From Thermoproteota archaeon (GTDB lineage: Archaea; Asgardarchaeota; Njordarchaeia; Njordarchaeales; Panguiarchaeaceae), in the NCBI GenBank assembly GCA_024720975.1, contig JANJXX010000001.1, positions 144,970-208,969 on the forward strand: DNA of 64,000 nt, in the 5' to 3' direction. A model generated the notes under the pieces. The model did no database searches. It had not been told where the DNA came from and saw nothing but the letters and a program-made list of their open reading frames with translations. Numbering within the stretch: the first letter of the stretch is position 1; each line of letters starts with the position of its first letter. The position numbers and the translations under genes are program-made. Shown here piece after piece: positions 56,039-64,000 of the stretch.

Positions 56039-57085
56039 TTACGACAGACACAGTCTAGTATAGCTAGATAAGATGCTTCCGTGGATTCTACCTCCTGTTA
56101 TCTGCGCGTTGTTGCCTATAATGGAGTTTCGAATACTACTACTATTGACTATAGAACCACTCATAATTAGCGAATTTCTAATCTCTGAGCCAGAGACTAT
56201 TGTGTTCGCCCCAATAATTGCATATGGTCCCACAACAGATTTAGAGTCCACCTTGGCATTTACCTCTATGTAGACGGGATTAATAATTTTGCCCTCTATT
56301 TGAGCGTCTGGGTTTACATAACTCTCAGAAAGTAACTTGTTAAGAGCTAAAAGGTAGCCTTCAAGTGAGCCAATGTCGAACCAATATCCATCGAATTTGT
56401 AAGCATACACATCATATCTTTTAGAAAGCCATTCAAAGAAATATCCAGGAGCATCTGGATTCCTACGCTCTTTCAAATACTTGCCGATTAGATGAGTCAT
56501 GTCTTTAGGTAGTACGTATATGGCCGTTGCTGCCAATCTGGATTTTGGCTCCTTCGGTTTTTCAATGAAATCTATGATCTTATTATTTTCATCTAGGTGG
56601 ACCTCTGCCAATCCCTTCATGGCTTCAAGTGAATTTACCTCAAAAACTGCCACTACTGGATTTCGTACTCTTCTGTAGAATGCAAGAAATGACTCAAAAT
56701 CTATGGATGCTATATTATCGCCTGCTACTATTAAAGTATCTCTTGCCGGTGAGTTTCTAAGTATGCGTTTAAGGTCGTAGTGAATTCCACGAATTGCCCC
56801 AAACTTAGCGTCCTCTCGTATTGATGGTTCAATTATCAATTGGTAGCGACTTTTGTCCTTCAGGCAATTACTGCTTGCGAACCAGTCTTTAAAGTATTTC
56901 TCAAATGCTCTGTTTGTCGAGATGTATATTTTTCCTATGCACTGTAACCTGTCTATTTTCTCTAATGTAAACTCGATAATTCTCTTCTTTCCAAGGGGAA
57001 GTAAAGGCTTTGGAAAATCCCTCGTCACAGGCCATAGGCGCGTCGCAAATCCTCCGGCTAGTATAAGTGCATACATTTGAGGCAC
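56039..57085 (-). CDS. sugar-phosphate nucleotidyltransferase (N-terminal NTP_transferase, C-terminal left-handed beta-helix)
   Basis: 348 aa. LILAGGFATRLWPVTRDFPKPLLPL matches the GxGxRLxPxT motif. The C-terminal hexapeptide-repeat region is IGANTIVSGSEIRNSLIMSGSIVNSSSIRNSIIGNN. Confidence 0.85.
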   Translation of the reverse strand: MPQMYALILAGGFATRLWPVTRDFPKPLLPLGKKRIIEFTLEKIDRLQCIGKIYISTNRAFEKYFKDWFASSNCLKDKSRYQLIIEPSIREDAKFGAIRGIHYDLKRILRNSPARDTLIVAGDNIASIDFESFLAFYRRVRNPVVAVFEVNSLEAMKGLAEVHLDENNKIIDFIEKPKEPKSRLAATAIYVLPKDMTHLIGKYLKERRNPDAPGYFFEWLSKRYDVYAYKFDGYWFDIGSLEGYLLALNKLLSESYVNPDAQIEGKIINPVYIEVNAKVDSKSVVGPYAIIGANTIVSGSEIRNSLIMSGSIVNSSSIRNSIIGNNAQITGGRIHGSILSSYTRLCLS

Positions 57086-58225
57086 CTACAACTCACTTTT
57101 TATTGATGATATCTCTTCAATGTCAAATGTGCTTAGGTTTTTACTGTCTGCTAAAAAGACAGATAACACATCAGCAAATATTGTTGGTATCAGCAATGTT
57201 CTCCATGAAAACTTCTCGTCGTCAATCATGAAAATATATGAGTCTATGTAAGCTAGCTTGTTTGTAACCACGTCAAGGTATCTTCTCATTAAGGGCTCCT
57301 CCGAATTTCTTCTCAGGATTATGTTGAATACTTTTTTTCTATCGAGCCCGCGAAGACCAACTATGAAATTATGCGCACCCTCGGGAATCTCAAAGTAAGT
57401 TGCAAAATGCTTGGCATTTTCGTTTAATTGGGCAATAAATCTTCTAGCTACGGCAGCAAGTGTGCGCTCAGCGGCTATTATAACTATTTTGTCCCTAACT
57501 TTCATGACTAATTCATAAAGCTTTTGAAACGACTCCTTTGAGTTTAGTTTCGTGATATAGTCTCGAATTTTTGGATCCTTAAGTCCCTGAATCTCTTGTT
57601 CTAATCCGAGGATTCTAGCGAGTATAGAGAACGATATTGCTAGCCCGTATGGAAAGTGCGATCTAGACGTGTACCCGGCAGGTAGTTTAATGTGATAGAC
57701 TCCTTTCTCTTTGGCCATACTTTCTAATTTTCCCCCTAGTGAAAGTGCTAATAGTACAGAGTTTTTATGCGGATTTTTTCTGCTCAAAATATTGAAAGCT
57801 TCTAGAGTCTCTAGAGTGTCTCCTGAGTAGCTATAGAAAATATAGACATCATACGGCATGCACAAAATTTGCTTAGACGGGATATCGCGGTAAACATTCA
57901 TTATAACCTTGGGGCACAAGTTAGTGTAAAACAGATAATTGGCTATATATTCCCCAATTAATGCTGATGCTCCCATGCCGAACCAAGCGACTTTAATGTA
58001 CTCTTTATGCGCTATTCCCGCTTTTTCTGACAGATCGCAAACTTCTGGGTGTTTTTTCGAGGCGTCGATTCCCATATCTAGGAGATTACTAAACTCCAAA
58101 ACTTGCCTCAACATTTCTATGTTGTCTCTTACTGCAAGTTGTTCATACAAGGGTCCACTATAGACTATAGCACACCACCGCGAAGATAAAAAGAATGAAT
58201 TCTTCCCTGCCTTGTGATTGACCAC
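57086..58225 (-). CDS. bifunctional phosphoglucose/phosphomannose isomerase (SIS domain, crenarchaeal PGI/PMI family)
   Basis: SIS blocks WFGMGASALIGE and SYSGDTLETL. It abuts the nucleotidyltransferase gene with no spacer. An internal ATG at 58114 (MLRQVLEF) would give a more typical length of about 342 aa. Confidence 0.8.
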   Translation of the reverse strand: MVNHKAGKNSFFLSSRWCAIVYSGPLYEQLAVRDNIEMLRQVLEFSNLLDMGIDASKKHPEVCDLSEKAGIAHKEYIKVAWFGMGASALIGEYIANYLFYTNLCPKVIMNVYRDIPSKQILCMPYDVYIFYSYSGDTLETLEAFNILSRKNPHKNSVLLALSLGGKLESMAKEKGVYHIKLPAGYTSRSHFPYGLAISFSILARILGLEQEIQGLKDPKIRDYITKLNSKESFQKLYELVMKVRDKIVIIAAERTLAAVARRFIAQLNENAKHFATYFEIPEGAHNFIVGLRGLDRKKVFNIILRRNSEEPLMRRYLDVVTNKLAYIDSYIFMIDDEKFSWRTLLIPTIFADVLSVFLADSKNLSTFDIEEISSIKSEL

Positions 58226-58262
58226 GAGTGACTTATTAGTTAGTTATCAGAAATATGCGCAA

Positions 58263-59360
58263 TCATCTTCGCCTTAGGTATGCCTCCTTGAGGATGTTTA
58301 GCCAATTTTTAAGCAGCTCTCTAGCCGCCATGTCCTCCCTACATTTTTCGATGAATCTTGCTATAGTCCATTTAGGAAACAGTAACTTGTATGTAGGATC
58401 AAAGAGCATAACATAGTCTCCTCCGAATTCAACAATAATGCCCTCGGCTCTTAATTTTTCAGCAATAGTTTGCTCATCCTGGGATAAACTATCTTTTTTT
58501 ATTAGACCTTCATTTCTGAATCTCTGTATGAGATTGTATACATCACTTCTACCAATGAGTTCCGGTATTTTTTCAGCCTCAGCTTCCCATGTGGATATAT
58601 ACTCTGAGACGCGCTGGGAGTATAGCTCTTTTAGTGCCGGAACTCTCATGATAATATCAAACTTTGTAGGTTTTCTTTTATAGAAAACTACGTCCGATAT
58701 TAAATATACCCTCTCTACAAGAGCTTTTTCGTCGAATCTTATCTCTAATACTCCTAGCGCCGAGAGTGCATATGCATAACTGATTAGGAGGTCTCGTGTA
58801 GTTGGAAAAGATATTTTTTCTCGTGCCTTTCTAACGAGATCATCTAGCGTAAGCACACCTTCATCTACCATTGTTGAAAGAATTACTCTGGCCTCCACAT
58901 CCCTAAATATGTCTGCAATCCGCTGTTCTATTGGCATCTTTGTATATGCTAACATCTGTGTCCATATATCCTCCCATTCTTCTTCTGCAGTTGGAATTTC
59001 ACCTCTCCTGAATAATCTTAAAGCGATTCTTACCAGAGCTCCACGGTAGGGCTCAGGTTCTTCTTTTTCTTCGAGGATTAGTCCTACAAGTTGTTTGAGC
59101 TCTAGTCCAGAGAAGTAGCATACAAAGTTGCGCCCCGCGTATTTTTCGGAAAAAATTGCATTTTCGGGATAACTAACAATGTAGAATCCTTCATGAGGTT
59201 CTTCTTCCTCCCTTAGTATCAGACCAAATATATCTACAATAAGGTTCGGGTCAAGATTTTTTTGCGGGTATGAGGCTAGAAGTCTAGGCACTCCTCTGGC
59301 CACCCACTGACTGACGAAAATTGTCTCCGGCATTATATTCACACCTTTAAGCACATACAA
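58263..59360 (-). CDS. uncharacterised protein; weak impression of an N-terminal alpha/beta (roadblock/longin-like) module followed by winged-helix-like repeats
   Basis: 365 aa (355 aa if the start is the ATG at 59333). No catalytic motif, charged linkers (EEEEPHEG, EEKEEPEP). The fold guess comes from pattern only. Confidence 0.55.
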   Translation of the reverse strand: MYVLKGVNIMPETIFVSQWVARGVPRLLASYPQKNLDPNLIVDIFGLILREEEEPHEGFYIVSYPENAIFSEKYAGRNFVCYFSGLELKQLVGLILEEKEEPEPYRGALVRIALRLFRRGEIPTAEEEWEDIWTQMLAYTKMPIEQRIADIFRDVEARVILSTMVDEGVLTLDDLVRKAREKISFPTTRDLLISYAYALSALGVLEIRFDEKALVERVYLISDVVFYKRKPTKFDIIMRVPALKELYSQRVSEYISTWEAEAEKIPELIGRSDVYNLIQRFRNEGLIKKDSLSQDEQTIAEKLRAEGIIVEFGGDYVMLFDPTYKLLFPKWTIARFIEKCREDMAARELLKNWLNILKEAYLRRR

Positions 59361-59555
59361 AACGTAGAAAAATACTTAAAAATTGCTACCATCGCCTTTG
59401 CGTAAATTCAGACCGTCCGAGGCTTGTTTCATTCTTATGGGACCAAATGGAAATTTTAATTAAATTACCGTAGGGGCATGCAACACAATCTTATTTATAT
59501 GTCCTCCTTTCTTTACTTAAGAATTTGGTAAGTTGCTAATCAAAAGGTCTGTTGC

Positions 59556-60839
59556 ATGAGACTAGTTGGTCTTAATTCTGATCGCGCTTGCATTGCTGAC
59601 ATTGAAAATGACAATATTGAAGAGCTTGTGTATACAAAACTTTCGGATATAATTATCTTAGACACTATTAGCAACAAAATCAAGCGCCAGATACATATAA
59701 AACCCCGAGCCATGAAGCAGAGGGCGGAATTCGATCAAGAAATCTACAGAGATATATCTACCGAAGATCACATAGACTTGCAAAGAACACCAAGCATTGC
59801 TGGAGAAGTTATATTAAAAATGCATGTGGAGGATGTTAACGGCGATGGAAAACCTGAGATCGTGATACTTAGGGTGGATGGGATTATTGCATGCTATGAT
59901 GTTGATGGACACGAAAAATGGTCCTTCTTTCTTGATCCACACATTGTAGACTTGGCAACTACTGATAGAGGCGAACTTAGAGTAGTAGTGATTTCTGGAT
60001 ACGGATTTTTGTATGCAATTTCCATCGATGGTAAACTTTATAAGGTTGATCTAAAGGACTTCTCTGGCTCCCCCTTGGCATTAACTAGTGTAGATTCAAA
60101 TGCAGGTTTATACGCAATACTTTCTCGGGAGGGAACTATTCATTTAGTTAGGATAGAGCTTGCAAAGGAGGTCTTTAAGAAAGTTATTAAAGTGTCTTAT
60201 ATCGCAAATCTAGATTTACCCAAGCATGCAGAATCCACATCACTACATGCCATGAGTCTTAGTGGAGGCTCTACAAAAGAGGCACTTATTGCTGGATTGT
60301 CCGATGGAACAGTCCTAGTTATAGATCTCAAAAGTATGGAGATTAGAGCAAGAATAAAACTACCAGATAGAATAAGCCGCATATTCGAATTACCAGGAGC
60401 TGCAGATAACATTGGTATCGCTCTCGATTGGCTTGGCAATTTAGCGATTATAAGAGACTACGATAAGATTGAAATGTATGAGGCACCAACAAGGAGAAGA
60501 CTTGTTGACCTCGATTGCGACGGCACCGAGGAGGAGGTATCAGTCTCTACGAAGAGTCTACGCATAAAAAAGCGTGGAGAATTGATAAATGAAATCGAGG
60601 GATATAGCTATATTTCATCCTATGCTGTCGATGATGTCAATCTGGACGGAAAGAGAGAGATAATTGTTGCTTGGAACTCCAAATCTGTAACAATATATGA
60701 TTATTCAGGCCGTGTTCTAGATTCAACGAAAACTCTAGCAATTCCTAGGGCTCTCATGATCCTTGATATTAATAAAGATAACAAAAAGGAAATAATTGTT
60801 TGCAGCAACGACTCAATCGAAGTTTTTCTTATTGATTAG
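59556..60839 (+). CDS. beta-propeller protein with FG-GAP/VCBS-type Ca-binding-like repeats, no signal peptide
   Basis: 427 aa. DxNxDGxxE-like motifs recur at blade spacing (DVNGDGKPEIV, DLDCDGTEEEV, DVNLDGKREIIV, DINKDNKKEIIV). The N-terminus MRLVGLNSDRACIAD is not hydrophobic. Confidence 0.7.
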   Translation: MRLVGLNSDRACIADIENDNIEELVYTKLSDIIILDTISNKIKRQIHIKPRAMKQRAEFDQEIYRDISTEDHIDLQRTPSIAGEVILKMHVEDVNGDGKPEIVILRVDGIIACYDVDGHEKWSFFLDPHIVDLATTDRGELRVVVISGYGFLYAISIDGKLYKVDLKDFSGSPLALTSVDSNAGLYAILSREGTIHLVRIELAKEVFKKVIKVSYIANLDLPKHAESTSLHAMSLSGGSTKEALIAGLSDGTVLVIDLKSMEIRARIKLPDRISRIFELPGAADNIGIALDWLGNLAIIRDYDKIEMYEAPTRRRLVDLDCDGTEEEVSVSTKSLRIKKRGELINEIEGYSYISSYAVDDVNLDGKREIIVAWNSKSVTIYDYSGRVLDSTKTLAIPRALMILDINKDNKKEIIVCSNDSIEVFLID

Positions 60840-60860
60840 CTACCTCTAGTTCTTAATCAA

Positions 60861-63800
60861 TCAGACACCATCCCTAATGGCGCCCTCTTTTGCCAGGGAT
60901 TCTAATAATTTTTCTGCTGATATAATCTGTCTTTCCCTGACTTTGTTAATAACCCTCTTAATGATAAAGGCTGCGCACGTGATAGCAATGATGCTTATTA
61001 TCGCGTAAATAATGTGTCCTCCTAAAGAGCCTAAACTGGCACCACTAGACAGAGCCTGCATACTTCCACTCTGCTCGGATATTAGCAGAAGATAACTTGG
61101 ACGTGTCTTGTTAGAATCAACTAATAAAGCTGTTGTATTTAACAAGATGTTGTTATCTACGAAGACTCGAATGTCATAGCGCATATTTGTCTTTAACAAT
61201 ACTGTGATATAAGATTTCCTTTGAATCGAAGTAACTAAAGATGTTGACTCATTCGAGTATATCTCAACCAAGACCTCCTTCTCTAAATCATTTAGGATAT
61301 TTATGGATCCCAACTTTACTAGGAGTCTAGTACTGCTCTCTATGAAAGCCACATTGCCTTCCAGTAAATTGCCCATCATATCCCAAACACTAATGAAAAC
61401 TGTTGCTCCTGAAAGCGTCCAAAACTCAATAAGGCTTCTTTCCGTTGATACAGTGTTGTTTATCTTCACTTTGACAAGTCCATTATTAAGAGAGTTCGAC
61501 GAGTAGTAATCAATAATCTCAATGACCCTCTTACTAATTAGCGCTCTGTAAGCTGCCAAGACGGCGCCTTTATCCCGGAGACTTTCAAATCTCTGTCCAT
61601 TTAGTAAGCAGTCTCTCACGGAAAGCAGCATCTTTTGTTTAAAATCGATATTTTTCCCGCATATCAGTAGTGTACCACTGAGCGCATTAAAGCTTATGGT
61701 CGCTCCACTGATGTCAGGCCTTGAAATTGTGACTAAGTAAGCACTTAGATCTATAAATAGATGCTCTAGTTCTAACTTTGTTGGATGAACTATTTTCAAA
61801 GCTGCATCTAAACTCCTGTTATTTATAGTAGCCTCGAAATATAACCCGCTAAGAATTGTCACATTATGTAAGGCTGGTTTGAGACCTCCTATAATATGCA
61901 TTAAATCAAAGCATACCGTTAAAAACTTCAGGTAACTATTCACGCAGCCCCAAGAGCTCGTTAAGCATATCTCACCCGTCGCGAAGTTTATGACTATATT
62001 TAATAAGTTGCTAGCATACTTGATAGCAACAATTTTTCGGGAATGGTCAAATATAACTTCGTGTAGGAATTTATACATACAGCCAGTAAGAAAATCGAGT
62101 ACGCGTATCGAATGCCTGAATATTTGGGACGCTTCCATGAGTGCATTAACTATAGCCATTTGAGACTGATTTAGCTTAATGTAGTTTGGGCCGGAATCGT
62201 CTACATAGCTCAACCATCCCTCAGAAAAATTTATGCGGACTAAAGTCACTGTTCCATAAAGCTTTACGTCCCCTACTAACTTAGTCACAAGTTCATCTAA
62301 TTTGCTGAATTCGTATGCTAAGTAGTCACTTAGAGCTCTGTTACAGAGAGCGATTAAAGTTTCTGAGAATTGTATGGTGACCTTTGCTATGTCAGAGTAA
62401 TTACAGGCACACAACATGATGACGCTCCTGTTCGGAAGACCTGGATTGTCTAGTTCTCTATTCTCGACTAAACCAACAAATTTGATGCTGTCACACGACA
62501 TGACACTTTCCAGGAAAGTCTCTAACGAGGTAACATCTATCATAAACACTCCTGGCTCTAAGAAGTCAAGGATCATTATACTGAAGTTTCTTGAATCTGC
62601 TTCTAGGCAGCTTACAAGATAGGAGCCAGGCGATAATACCAGGATCTTATTTCCAATTGTTTCTGATTCAAGCTTAAGACTTCTGTTCGGTGTTGATATG
62701 TAGAGCTCTTTCTTCGTGTTCCTACTATTCAGTAGTTTTATCACAGGTGTGCCTATATCGATAGTTACGTTAAAGCTACTCAGATTATTTAGGTCATTTT
62801 TAAGATAGAATGCTTCACTACCAAACTCATCAAAAATTCTGATCTCTACTATCGAATTTGGAGAAACAGTTATTTTTGACTCATTGAGTTTTCGCCAGGG
62901 AGTATCTATTAACTGGTATGTTATATTACATATCAGTGTACTTTCACTGATCTCAAGCGGGAAAATTTGTTGATCAATACTTTGGCTCCAGGACGCTACT
63001 GATATCTCGATGCCTGTTATGTTGCCAGCTGCTAGAGCCATATGCCAGCCAGATTTCATGAGATCAAAATCCACATCGACACTTGCTGTTAAACGCAAAT
63101 TATCACTGCAAAAGAATGTATCAACATAAAGCTTAGCTAAGAGAGGCACAGCCTTAAAGGCTAGTATGTGATCAAGAGGATATCTAACATTTTCGTCGTA
63201 GTTCACATAGAGTAGTTTATCTGACCCATATCTCCTCTGTACGATCCTGATTTCAACCATACCTGACTGAATATCTTTCCTTAGAGTTAACTTTACGAAG
63301 TTTCCGCCATCTACATAAATAGGGTAGTACTCTACGAACCAATATTCATTGAAGACCAGATACGAAGAAACACGGAAAACTCCTTCTGTAGTGCCACTGA
63401 TACAGCCCAAGAAGATTGCCTTGGAGTATACAGGACTTACTGAGTCCTGAAGAAATACTGCAGCAGTTCCCGAGTACTCATAGAATCTTGTAGATACGGA
63501 TCCTTCAATTGCCATCCACAAGGATGAGCTTGCTATATCTCTTAGTGAGTACCCAAAGCTACTTGCTGATAAGTTCTCGTGGGAGTTTATTGGCGCTCCT
63601 CCATAGCGAATCAATACAGGTTGCTTAGAAAAAGCCTGCATATGTGGGATTTTTAGGTAAAACGTTGCATCTCTTCCATCCCAACTTCGAAGATAGCTGC
63701 TAAGTTTTACTATTTGCGTTCCATTAATTATATAAAAGCACACGTCACCTAGGGTTTTATCAACTGAGAGCATGTTTATCCAACTGTTATTCACAACTAC

Positions 63801-63980
63801 TTTAACGGGAGCACTAAATAGATCGTAAGGGTTAGGATTGTGTAATGTAATCCAACACTCGTACAAAGGTGCTTCCGTGTTCACGTTAACAGGTTTTCGA
63901 TAAGTTAACCTGTAGGAGGCGTTAACATCCTTAATATCGATCTTATTTGCCCCTGAGAATAGATTCAATGTGAGCTCCAA
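60861..63980 (-). CDS. very large uncharacterised protein with a C-terminal membrane anchor; N-terminal region possibly resembles DUF2341 plus a LamG/concanavalin-like module; possibly 5'-incomplete
   Basis: At least 1039 aa. N-terminal YRLTYRKPVNVN...FYLKIPHMQAFSKQPVLIRYGG resembles the DUF2341 pattern as I recall it, unverified by any profile search. C-terminal TM is HIIYAIISIIAITCAAFIIKRVI. The tracked start is a TTG at 63980, and the frame stays open to the window edge at 64000. Confidence 0.7.
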   Translation of the reverse strand: MELTLNLFSGANKIDIKDVNASYRLTYRKPVNVNTEAPLYECWITLHNPNPYDLFSAPVKVVVNNSWINMLSVDKTLGDVCFYIINGTQIVKLSSYLRSWDGRDATFYLKIPHMQAFSKQPVLIRYGGAPINSHENLSASSFGYSLRDIASSSLWMAIEGSVSTRFYEYSGTAAVFLQDSVSPVYSKAIFLGCISGTTEGVFRVSSYLVFNEYWFVEYYPIYVDGGNFVKLTLRKDIQSGMVEIRIVQRRYGSDKLLYVNYDENVRYPLDHILAFKAVPLLAKLYVDTFFCSDNLRLTASVDVDFDLMKSGWHMALAAGNITGIEISVASWSQSIDQQIFPLEISESTLICNITYQLIDTPWRKLNESKITVSPNSIVEIRIFDEFGSEAFYLKNDLNNLSSFNVTIDIGTPVIKLLNSRNTKKELYISTPNRSLKLESETIGNKILVLSPGSYLVSCLEADSRNFSIMILDFLEPGVFMIDVTSLETFLESVMSCDSIKFVGLVENRELDNPGLPNRSVIMLCACNYSDIAKVTIQFSETLIALCNRALSDYLAYEFSKLDELVTKLVGDVKLYGTVTLVRINFSEGWLSYVDDSGPNYIKLNQSQMAIVNALMEASQIFRHSIRVLDFLTGCMYKFLHEVIFDHSRKIVAIKYASNLLNIVINFATGEICLTSSWGCVNSYLKFLTVCFDLMHIIGGLKPALHNVTILSGLYFEATINNRSLDAALKIVHPTKLELEHLFIDLSAYLVTISRPDISGATISFNALSGTLLICGKNIDFKQKMLLSVRDCLLNGQRFESLRDKGAVLAAYRALISKRVIEIIDYYSSNSLNNGLVKVKINNTVSTERSLIEFWTLSGATVFISVWDMMGNLLEGNVAFIESSTRLLVKLGSINILNDLEKEVLVEIYSNESTSLVTSIQRKSYITVLLKTNMRYDIRVFVDNNILLNTTALLVDSNKTRPSYLLLISEQSGSMQALSSGASLGSLGGHIIYAIISIIAITCAAFIIKRVINKVRERQIISAEKLLESLAKEGAIRDGV

Positions 63981-64000
63981 GTTATTTTCAACGCAGTTCC

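Noticed and set aside
1-64000. CRISPR arrays, rRNA genes, replication-origin (ORB-type) repeats
   Set aside because: Reading all spacers longer than 100 bp, I found no regularly spaced direct repeats, no rRNA-like conserved blocks, and no orc1/cdc6 gene or ORB-like inverted repeats. Absence is judged by eye only.

Overview
This is an AT-rich archaeal chromosomal segment. Gene content suggests a hyperthermophilic Thermoprotei (crenarchaeote)-like organism: NucS/EndoMS, a short XPF nuclease, bifunctional PGI/PMI, a two-thioredoxin-fold disulfide oxidoreductase, a solute-binding protein with a C-terminal membrane anchor, and HypCDEF. This placement is inference from motifs only, with no database search. 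I can support about 55 protein genes, one tRNA-Pro(CGG), one truncated IS607-type serine recombinase, one intragenic tandem repeat and one G+C-rich non-coding island. I saw no rRNA, no CRISPR array and no intact mobile element.

Housekeeping genes:
- metG, ileS, pyrD, a family-4 UDG, a Nudix hydrolase and an M20 peptidase.
- hypD lies apart from a hypC-hypE-hypF-pfkB string. No hydrogenase structural genes or hypA/hypB are in the window.
- An ABC-2 exporter preceded by two paralogous winged-helix proteins.
- A DegT aminotransferase and a PGI/PMI plus sugar-nucleotidyltransferase pair.

Regions most worth a second look:
1. 27.2-44.9 kb: an all-minus-strand block in which a Dpp/Opp-type peptide ABC importer (C, A, B, F genes) is interleaved with a 1272-aa membrane-anchored subtilase, a 1018-aa beta-helix surface protein and four uncharacterised membrane proteins. 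Its DppC carries a roughly 380-aa extracytoplasmic insertion.
2. 46.2-55.3 kb: an XPB-like SF2 helicase and an XPF nuclease are each co-directional with a xylose-isomerase/endonuclease-IV-fold TIM-barrel protein (XPF by a 4-nt overlap). A SAMHD1-like HD hydrolase lies between the first TIM barrel and the helicase.
3. 55.40-55.68 kb: a roughly 200-nt G+C-rich, hairpin-dense island abuts a truncated serine recombinase. It is a candidate structured RNA or element end.
4. 58.3-64.0 kb: a trio of uncharacterised proteins at the window end, namely a possible longin-like plus winged-helix protein, a leaderless FG-GAP-type beta-propeller, and a giant membrane-anchored protein that may be DUF2341/LamG-like.

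All functional calls rest on motif recognition by eye. None is verified by alignment or structure prediction.
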